From the NCBI RefSeq assembly GCF_021028975.2, contig NC_059438.1:25358001-25422000 (forward strand): a stretch of 64,000 nt of DNA, given 5' to 3'. The stretch's first letter is position 1. Every line of letters begins with the position of its first letter. Below are positions 54,801-64,000 of this stretch, piece by piece. The position numbers were made by a program, and so were the translations under genes. The notes under the pieces were generated by a model. It searched no databases. It worked only from the letters and a program-made list of their open reading frames with translations, and was not told the origin of the DNA. The DNA is from Sphaerodactylus townsendi (lineage: Eukaryota).

Positions 54801-57757
54801 CTCCTAGCCTCAGTCCCCGACGTGTAATATGGGGGAGAATAACAGAGGCCTGCCTGACAAGGCTGGTTTAAAGATTGCAGCAGAACGAGGTGGGTTGCCC
54901 CTGCTGCACCTTCTTTCCCTCAGGCTAATCCTAAGGAGGACGACGACATGAGAGCGGGGGGGTGCGTTCCTTGGCCACCCTGGTGAGGGAATGGGGGGTG
55001 TGGTGGGTAGGGTGGCAGTCGAGGTTGGGGCAGTCCTGCGCTCCAGTCCCTGCTCTGCCGGGCAGTGCTCTTAAGCCGTCACTTTTAGCTTAACCTCTTT
55101 CACACCAGGGGGGAAGGAATGAAACGGGGAGGAGAAAACCAAGTAACCCCCCCTTGGAGGAAGGCTGGTAACCCATGCTCCTTGGAGGAAGGCTGGTATC
55201 CCACTAACTTGACTTCCCGGTAGTGTGGGGGATGGGACCGTGGGGGTCATGACAAAACTGTGTGCAGTCCCAGACTTAACCCCCCCCCCCCCGTCTCTTT
55301 CATGTGACAGGGCTCTTGAAGGTAGTGGGGGTGAGGGATGGGGCCCTGGCGCCTGCTCCATCGCTCTGGCACCCAGAGGAGGCGGCAGAGCCACAGGGGA
55401 CAGTCCACAGGCTGGCTTGCGCTTTCAGGGTGGGGGGTGGGGGGAGGCAGGGAACTGGAGTGAGGAGGGCTCCTGTGCTTGGCAGGCGGCACAGAGGTCT
55501 CCAGCAGAGGCCGGCACATGTTTCAAGGACTGGTGCTGCAAAGCTGCATGCTGTAAAGGCCAGGTGTCTTGGAGCAGAGGCCCTCTCCTTGCCTGAGATC
55601 CGCCATCTGCCCCCACCATCGTCGCAGCTCTGCTAGGTCCCTTGTACTTTGGGTATTCTGTCCGGCCTGCATTCCTTGACCTAGAAACACACCTGGCTGT
55701 GCAGCCGGAGTCTTGGGCAAGCAACCCCAGCCAGCCAGCAGAGAAGGGATCAGGCTCCGGAAATACTTAAGCTGTCTTTGTACCAGGAGAGAACGATGCA
55801 CCTCCTTTGGATGGGATTATGCGTCCGCACTGGGAGGCCTCGATCCGGGGGCCAGGCCAGGCCTGCTCGTCAAGGATGTGGCTGCTGTTGTGGGAGGGCT
55901 CTGGGAAGAGCGTGCGGTTTGGGGGAGGCTGCGAGCAGCTGCCTTCAGAGGGTGAAATGGCACCGGGGCCGATGCCTGCGCCTCACCCCTGGACTGGTCA
56001 GCAACGAGGCTCTGTGTTCCGATGAGTCCTTTGTTCTGAAATAGCATCGGAAATAAGCGTTCAGGCTGCTGTTGCCAGAACTAGAGCATAAGCAACAAAG
56101 CGCCCTCCGTTACACTCCACTTCGTGCCCCAGCATCACACAACATCGCCCCTGACCACCAGTTCTCCAGCGGGGATGGCACCCCGCCACTCCCACGTCCC
56201 CCGGGGCTGCCAGAACTACCACAGCAGGGGTCTCATGAGCGGATAAGGCCTGGCCTGGGAAGCAAAAGTGCAAGGGGGGGGGGGAGAGTACAGCCACAGT
56301 GATGAAGAGGGAGGGGGGAAGAGGATCCTGCCTCCCGGCCAGGAGATATGGCAGGCTGTTCGTGACACCCCGCAGGATAAGGCCTGGCCTGGTGGTCCGT
56401 GGGCTCTGTTTCCTGCAGCAAGCCTTGCGCGTTCAGTTGACCAAGATGGACTGATGGGAAAAGCAAGGGCAAAAGGCACCCAAGGTGGCCAAAGGCCCTT
56501 TTGGACCTCCCTGAGCAGGGGAGGGGGCCGGCGGCTGCTGGCTAGGTGCTCAAAGGGCTCCTTGCCTGGCGTGGCACGTTCACCCCACTGCCTGGTGAAG
56601 TTCTGCCCCAGGCTCCAAGGCTGTGTGAGCTGAATGGGGATCACAATGGCAGGGTGAGGCCTGTTCTCTGTGGACAGAAGGGCCCACAGCGTCTCTGGGA
56701 ACAAACAGTTCAGCAGGAAGGTCCCTCTTTCTGCTCCCTCCAGGATCTGCAGCGCAGCTGGGCCTAGGAGGGCTGGAGGATTCGCAGGGGTCTGATCCAC
56801 TCAGCTCTTTGTGGTGCTCGAGGGACTGGTGTGTTCAGCAGCTGTGTCACCACCCGGCTTCCCAGCGGCTGGGGGTGGGAGGGGGGAAGGCTGCATCACG
56901 GCAGAGCTGACTTGGGCATTGCCTGCCAAGAGCTCTCCCTTCTCTGAGGTGCTGGGCAGAGGGAGACAGCGGACAAGCAAAGTCCCACCATCCTTTGCAG
57001 CTAGGCAGGAAGTGTTGGGGTGACCTCTGATCTGTTGACACTCTATTTTCTGACTGCTTTTTCCGAAGGGTCATTGGAAAATAAGCCAGGACTTCCCTGG
57101 GGCTTGTGATGACAGCGTGACCCATCAGGGAAGCACCTGCTCAAGCACCTTTCCCCCCGCTGGCTTCTCCTGGCCGGAGGGCTTTTCTGCTGCTCCAAAA
57201 AGCGGGGGTTGTGATTGTGGGCACTGTAGCCCTAAGCAAAGTTCACCTTTCTACACCCATCAGTTTAATATCCCACCTCCCTTCGAGTGATTCCTACTGC
57301 ATGTTTTTTTCCCAACCATTCATATTCTTTGATTAAAGTGAAAGCTGCCTTTAAAAGTTAATTGGTACCTCCTGTTGCAGAGTGGGAACCTGCCGTTTCT
57401 GGGTAAGGCAGACATGCCTCTCTTGGAACTCCCAGCTAGGGAACGGTCACCTGCCTGCCTCTCAAAGGCCACTCAGACTCCTTTGGGGCTCTAAATGCCT
57501 ACAAGTGAGTGTCTGGAGGCCCAATCTTGGTCACCCCGACTGAATGCCATGGGATAATGCCCCCCTTATATTTGGGGGTTTGGGCCAGTGAATCTGGGGG
57601 TGGGGAGCGGGACCAGCCTATGACCATGTAAAAGCATCTAATTGCCATGACTCCAGCATTTGTAACAACTGAATATTTCCACAACCTTTCAAAATAAAGT
57701 GGTTTCAATTCTATTATTGTCAGAAATTGCAAAACAAAAACAAAACCATTTCATTGG

Positions 57758-57927
57758 GTATTATCAAAGGCTTTCATGGCCAGATTCAACCGGTTATTGA
57801 GGGTTTTCTGGGCTGTGTGGCCATGGCCTGGTAGATCTTGTTCCTAACGTTTCACCTGCATCTGTGGCTGGCATCTTCAGAGGTGTATCCACGGTCACAC
57901 AGCTCGGAAACCCCACAACAACCAGTT
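57758..57927 (-). mobile_element. Penelope-like pLTR remnant
   Basis: Homologous to the 52.3 kb and 59.7 kb copies. Confidence 0.75.
57843..57883 (-). ncRNA. Minimal type I hammerhead ribozyme motif (Penelope-associated)
   Basis: Minus strand CCT-CTGAAGA-T-GCC-AGCCACAGATGCA-GGT-GAAA-C-GT-T-AGG: intact CUGANGA and GAAA boxes, stem I CCU/AGG, stem II GCC/GGU, palindromic AACGUU stem III. Activity untested. Confidence 0.6.
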
Positions 57928-58349
57928 TTATTGTGAGTCGGAGAACACATTAGTCGACTGTATAAAAGGGAGAGCTGCAAAATGACTTGTGTTTATCCAG
58001 GCTCAAGAAGGAGCCATCCAGGCCAGGGACGGGGGACACTCGCGCAAAGGGCAACCGAAATGGCCACAAGGGAGGAGAAGGTCGGCCCGGAGGCAGGTCG
58101 AATGAGCAGGAGGGGAACACGTGCAGAAACGCGGAGATTCAGGCGGGGGGGGGGACGCTGACCTTTCCCCCGAAGGCCAGGGGAACGGCTCGAGACAACG
58201 AATCGCAGCACCAGCCCCTGTAGAACTGGAGTTCCAAAAAGTGATTGTTCTGCTGCTCCCCCGGCCGGCGGAGGCAGAGGTGCCCCCCCGCTCCATAGCA
58301 ATGCTGGGGTCTTTCCCACGGTGGGGGGTCAGCTTGCTTGCACTCTCGG

Positions 58350-59420
58350 GCAGCCGTTCTGGGGAGGCAGGGCGGGCGGCCCTAGACCCTGGAGCCCCCC
58401 CCTCCCTCCCACGTCCGTCCCTCGCATCGGCTGCAGCCCGTCGAGCCCCGCCCCCCGCCCCGCTTCAGGCGATTTCTCGCTCCGCCTGCCCTGCGCATGC
58501 GTGATGGGCGCCTGACCACTGGGGACGATTAGGCGGCCGAGCGGCCCGTCACGAGTGGCGCATGCGCACGGCGCCGGCCCACGGGTGCACTTTCTCCCCC
58601 TCGCGCCGTGTCGTGTCTGCGCATGCTCCGCATTCCCGCTGCCTTTGGGTCGCCTTCGAGGTTGTGACTCCCCCGCTGCCCGTTCCCCGAGTCCGCCGGG
58701 CGGCGCATGCGCGGTGGCAGTGGCGAGGGGACGGTCCCACTGGGCGGCAGCCACCAGAGTCCCGTCAGGAGCGGCGGCTGAAGAGGACCCGGGCCCGCCC
58801 CCCCCCCTCCGCGAGAGCGCAGCCCCGCCCCCTCAGCGCCCCCCCGTCCCCCCCCGCCCCGCTGCGATGCCCTCGGACTTCATCTCTCTCCTCAGCGCCG
58901 ACCTCGACCTCGAGTCGCCCAAGTCCCTCTACGCCAAGGGTGAGCGGGGGGGGGGGTGTGAGGGGAGGGGCAATCCACGGGCCCCCTTCAGCGCCGGGCC
59001 TGCCTCCACGCCCCCCTCGGACGGCGCCTTCCGGGCCTTGTCAGCGCCGGCGCCCCTCCTGCGGCCTAGCGGAGCCCGGAGGCCTGGCGGGCGGCGCGGG
59101 AGGGTCTGGGGAGGGACAGGGCCGGGGAAGAGCGGGCGGGGGGGGGAGCGAGGAGGCCCCGCCCGGGAGTGGAGCGTTGGCCGCGGCCCCTTGACCGCGC
59201 GTGGCCAGGTGAGGCGCCTGCGAGGCGGCGGCGGGCGGGCGGGCGGGCGGGCGGGCGGGGGTGGGCTGTTTTTGTGCTGTGGCCGAGGCCGCCCTCCCCC
59301 TCCCCCTCCCCCCGGCCCGGGCGCTGCCAACTCGGCAACGGGGGTGGGGGTGGGGGGTCTCCGCTGGTCCAAGGCCGGACTCGTGTGCCTGCCTGGCCGC
59401 CGGCGCGGTCACCCCCAGTG
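58350..59420. promoter_or_regulatory. NFAT5 CpG-island promoter with NRF1-type motifs
   Basis: GCGCATGCGY-type sites at 58492-58502, 58558-58567, 58618-58627, 58703-58712. Confidence 0.75.
58867..58939 (+). CDS. NFAT5: Nuclear factor of activated T cells 5 (TonEBP), first coding exon only; gene continues beyond the window
   Basis: MPSDFISLLSADLDLESPKSLYAK, 73 nt, followed by a GTGAGC donor; synteny with CYB5B. Confidence 0.93.
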
Positions 59421-59715
59421 GCCTGGAGGGCAGCCTCCCACCGGGCATCAGAGGAGGACCTTGTGTGAGTGGCTCACTGCTGGGTAGCCCTGGCCTGCAC
59501 TGCTCCGCGGTGCTCTTTTTTGTGCATCACCATGAAGGATACTGAAGATGAACAGGTGAAGCCTTCTTCCATCCGCTGAGTCTTAACAGTACACCTTCCG
59601 AGCAATATTATGACAGGGAAACATTCTGACACCCCCCCTCCCCCCCATTCCTTCGGGGACTGACCTGCAGAGCCTAACGTGCAGTTTCATCTTATCTTAA
59701 GCTTGCAATTCCTTG

Positions 59716-60000
59716 GTGGTTGTGGGTTTTCCGGGCTGTGTGGCCGTGGTCTGGTGGATCTTGTTCCTAACGTGTCACTTGAATCTCTGGCTGGCATCTT
59801 CAGAGGTGTATCACAGAGAGAAGTGTGCTGCACACTGTGTCCAGTCGCCCAAGTCCCTCTAGTGTGTAACACACTTCTCTCTGTGATATACCTCTGAAGA
59901 TGCCGGCCACAGATGTATGCAAAACGTTAGGAACAAAATCTACCAGCCATGGCCACACAACAACCAGTTGAGTCCGGCCATGAAAGCCTTCAACAATACA
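59716..60000. mobile_element. Penelope-like inverted-pLTR element in NFAT5 intron 1
   Basis: About 97-bp inverted arms (59738-59836 / 59861-59958); 13-bp direct flank TTGCAATTCCTTG at 59703-59715 and 60001-60013. Confidence 0.8.
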
Positions 60001-63000
60001 TTGCAATTCCTTGTTCTTCAGTGGTTCTTCTCTTTAAATTCCCCAGGAGAATCATAGCCCCTTTCAAAGAAGTCTTTCAGATTCTTAACCCTGATTTCTA
60101 CACAAAGTAAAGTAGACATCAAAAGTCCTTAAACCTGTAGTTAAAACCTAACAACTCCCAATATATTTACCAAGTGCCATGATCCATAAAACTCTGTGAA
60201 CATACAAGAGTTATCACCAGACCAGTTAGCAGTGAAGTCCCAGGCACTCTAGGATTTCAGCTGGAGTTGTTAATTTACTGAAATATGGGTATGTGACTGT
60301 GATTTAGCTGTTCTGCGTTTTGTTTGTGAGATTGTTTTATTTCAGAAAATTCCTGTGTCACCTCTGCAGAGAACCTGCTTGAGGCAGCTTGTGGCATAAA
60401 ATATAAACAAGATAAAATTGTTAAAAATTAACAAACTATTGGAAGCCCAGCCACAGCATAAAAACTGCATAAAAGATTTAGGAGCTTAAAATGAATATTG
60501 TAAAACAGATCTCAGGCTACAAGCGGACTATTAAAATAAATTTAAACCCCTACATTAAAAAACTTGGGTAAAAAGAGATGCTTTGGCCTGGTACCTGAAA
60601 GAGAGTCAGGTAGGTGCCATCCAAGCCTCAGGAGAAAGTGTGCTCTGCAGGTGAGGCACCACTGCTGAAAATGCCTCATCTCTGATAATCTCCTGACCCA
60701 CAGGCAGGGGAACAGAGAACCTGGCTTGGGTAGAGGGCATTGTGTGTCTGATTCTCTGCTAGTGAACAGATAGCGCCAGCCTGAGCTTTCTGGTTTGAAG
60801 ATCTCCCCTCCCCCCCCCAACAATGTTTTAGTCTCATTTTGTACAAACAACAATCTTTGTGTAGGAGACATCTTTGCAGAATATTTAATAGTGGTAAATA
60901 CATTTTGGGTTGAAATATATTCCTAGCGTGAACCAATAACGGATATCACAAATTCCAAATAAATGGTACCTGTAGATAATGAAATACTAGGCCACACTAA
61001 CCCAACAAAGAAGGTTAATCTAAATTGGATTTGTTTTTAGACATACTTCTGAATGCACGATAGCAGATATTGCCCAAATGGAATATGCTGAGTAAACATA
61101 AGTGTCACTTACATACGTTTTTAAATGTTTGATGAATATTTAAAACCACAATGACTTGTATGCTTCAGCTGTCTGCACATAAGCCTCTTCGCGATTGTGT
61201 TGCACTTATTTTGCCATCAAAGGCAGTTGAACAACACTGGAAGCAAAACTGTCACCTTGGGCTGTTTTACGGAAGAGATTTAGGAGTCAACTGACTAATT
61301 TGAAAATGTGTAAATTACGTGCTTTCTAAACAACATTGTTTGCTTTAATTTAAAAAACTTTCCCCATTTCCCAGAAGGAAAAGCACTGTTCATTATTATT
61401 TAAGGCATGTTGCTATAATAGTGAACAAAACAATATTTATTGTGGAAAACTTGCACCTAAAGGTAATTTCTGAAAGTACTACAAAGCAGTTTAAGCTATA
61501 GTCTTCCTCTCTTCAGAAACTCAGTGTTCACCTGCATGAACTAGAAGGGCTTCCTCGTGTTGTGTACTAGAGGGGGAGTGTGGAAGGATGGCGGTAAACA
61601 TCAGCAACGCTTTTTCAAGCAGGATACAGTTCCCAGCCCAAGGGGCACCCTGTTAGTCTGTTCCAGTAGAGCAGAAGAATGTTTTGTCATTCTACAGCTT
61701 TGAAGCTGTGGCACCAGTTTTAGTTGACTAGCATCAGCTTCATCAGAGACTGCAGATCAAGCATCGTACACAGTGATCCTGTTAAAGATACCTCAGAGCT
61801 CTTTTTGTCTTCAAATCAACCGTCGTTTAAAACTGAAATGTTATTGAAGTAACTAGTAATTCATTTGGTAGATTGCAGAAAGCTGTAAACTTTTAAGCAA
61901 TTAATAATTTGTTTGGTAATATGGTCTTGGTCGTTAATATAGCAGAGGGCTGCATGTTTCTGAGAAGAGTCAAAGGGATGTGGCAGGAAGCCAGGAAAAG
62001 AGAGTGCCATGATTGGAACCCGTCCATCTTGGCTGTAGTTGTAGAAACTGATGAACTATGTAAGTAGTTTGCATTATGATTGACTTTACACTTTCTACAA
62101 AGGGGTGATTCAAAGTACAAGCTATTAATCTGCACCGGGGTCCCCAACATGGGTCCCATGGTGCTGGGGCATCCACTAGCACTTTTCTTGGCACCTGCTT
62201 GTATATTTTTAGAAAGTGGGAGCGACCCAGGTTTTTAAGAATGGTCTTGACATAAGTCTGTTACTTCAAGATGACTTTGAAGTGTCTTTCATTTGCAGTT
62301 TTGTAAAACAGATTTGACATATGCACAATCTTGAACGCTACTGCATATTTTAGTTAGGAATCTTTGGTTTTAAACCTGTAGTTATTTGAGCAGTCCTACT
62401 TCAGTTTGTATAGATTTGGGTATTTTCAATTAGGGAAATTCACACAATTCTGAGGGATACTGATTCAGTTGGTAACGTAGCCTTAGTCCAAGTAATTTTT
62501 GGATGCGGTCCAGCTGTATTCATTCATTCATTTGTTTATTTATTTTATTGAATTATTGCTTCTTTTTGGCACCAAAGTGCTCTGGGGCACCTGAAAGTAC
62601 TATAAAATCAAATAAAACTTGCAGGAGGTGGTAGTATGAAGTTGCATGAGAGAAAACAAATACTGACAAAAGTATTAACCAGCAACAAGATTCAAATCAT
62701 TTTGCCAGACAGTCAGACCGTTGGTCAACTGAATGAGAGTGGAAGAGTTTTACTGTTCTGAAAGCCAAGAGGGAAGGTGTTGGACACTTTCCTTTGGAGT
62801 GTGTGTGTATGCCTGCACACACGTGCAGTGTTCCACTGCTTCCCTTGGAAATATCCAAGGTGTTGCCATTTGCTGAACCTCTAGAACAGGTATACACCAA
62901 ACTAGTTTACCTGATGATCTTGGTGTATCTGTAGGTTAATGATAAAGAATGCAGTTCTGGTTCTGAGATTTAAAACTAAAAACCAGCTCTTTGCACTGGG

Positions 63001-63119
63001 TCTGGAACAAACTGGAAGCCATTTGAGTTAGACCAAAATGTAGTATGGTCACAGCAATTTGTCCAAGGGAATCAGATAATCTGCAGTTGAGACTAACTGA
63101 ACATTTCTAAGAATTTTCC

Positions 63120-63440
63120 TAGCATAGACCTGTACAGAGTGCATTGTAGGCGTCCAGTCTAAACGTTGCCAGAGTATTTGTTGCTGTGCTGAGGTCAAAG
63201 CTTGGGCACATTTTACGAACTGATCAAAGATGATAAAAGACTCCTGTGGCTGCCAACTGCATCCTAGAAATTCAACAGCAAGGTTTGTCCACGAGTGCTC
63301 TCAAACTGCTAACCTGAGTCTTTCTTCACAGGAAGTTCAGCCTGATCTAGGTGAGTATCATGCCTTGGATCAGTGGAACCATTTTCCAAAAGTACTCCTG
63401 TCTCGTCTGGATTACGTTCCTGTCGATATTTCCTCATCTG
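63120..63440 (-). mobile_element. Ancient L2-like fragment
   Basis: Minus strand gives broken LDQAELPVK/TQVSSLRALVD peptides resembling L2 RT LDGV.LPLK.QVRSLGVLLD. Confidence 0.45.
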
Positions 63441-63472
63441 ACCCACCACTGCCTTTGGGCCCTGGTGTGGTA

Positions 63473-63626
63473 CCGTGTTTCCCCGAAAATAAGACAGTGT
63501 CTTATATTAATTTTTGCTCCCAAAGATGCGCTATGTCTTATTTTCAGGGGATGTCTTATTTTTCTGTGTTCTGTTCGTTGGGCATGCTTCCAAACAAAAA
63601 CTTCGTTACGTCTTACTTTCAGGGGT
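63473..63626. mobile_element. Tc1/mariner (Tc2/pogo-like) fragment
   Basis: TA|CCGTGTTTCCCCGAAAATAAGAC terminus with repeated GTCTTATTTT subterminal motifs; right end incomplete. Confidence 0.6.
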
Positions 63627-64000
63627 ATAATAAAAGCAAGCAGTAGAGCTGGCAGTCGGCATGGACCCTAGCCCCAAGCCTCCTGACAGCCTGCCCCTGG
63701 TGGTTGACATGTAGATGACAAAAAACATTAGAGAAAATAGAGCTTTGCAGAACCTGGGGCGGGGGGCGGGGCAGGCATCTTCTTTAACCACTGCATGGGT
63801 CCTGCCCTTGCAAAAGGATTGCAGTGCATGACCTCCAACTACCTTCAGGAAAGCCTTTCCAGGAAGATAACAAGGTACATGATGCCACAAGTTGCTGAGA
63901 GATCGGTGAGAATTAACAGGGTCCTCCTGTTCCGGGTAGCAAAAGGGTGGAGCAACCTTGGGGTGACAAAATTAATCAGATCTTGAAGAAAGACAGTGAC

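Noticed and set aside
55600-56900. Downstream coding exons for the orphan CpG island
   Set aside because: Tested acceptors give short or unrecognisable peptides; no coherent gene model.
58940-64000. Homolog of the small mammalian NFAT5 alternative exon 2
   Set aside because: Not recognised by eye; it may be absent, diverged or outside the window.

Overview
Vertebrate genomic DNA, most likely a squamate reptile and probably a gecko, judged from the repeat landscape (CR1, L2, Squam3-like SINEs, Penelope remnants, hAT MITEs). It contains the compact GC-rich conserved block VPS4A(+), PDF(-), COG8(-), NIP7(+), TMED6(-), TERF2(-), CYB5B(+) and the first exon of NFAT5(+), the same order as human 16q22.1. 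I reconstructed exon structures by hand. All complete genes give GT-AG, phase-consistent, full-length ORFs except PDF, which carries a 5-nt frameshift in a 21-bp tandem repeat (likely an assembly artefact). The most interesting observations are: (1) minimal hammerhead-ribozyme motifs in Penelope-derived elements around the NFAT5 5' end, one with an intact core; (2) a 30-bp duplication of the CYB5B exon 4 donor that could yield an NMD-escaping soluble cytochrome b5; (3) loss of the F120-equivalent docking residue and a 4-aa loop deletion in the TRF2 TRFH domain; (4) remnants resembling several horizontally transferred hAT families; (5) an orphan CpG island with a candidate first exon. I found no convincing wholly new multi-gene system. 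Comparisons to human proteins and repeat family names are from memory and need database confirmation.
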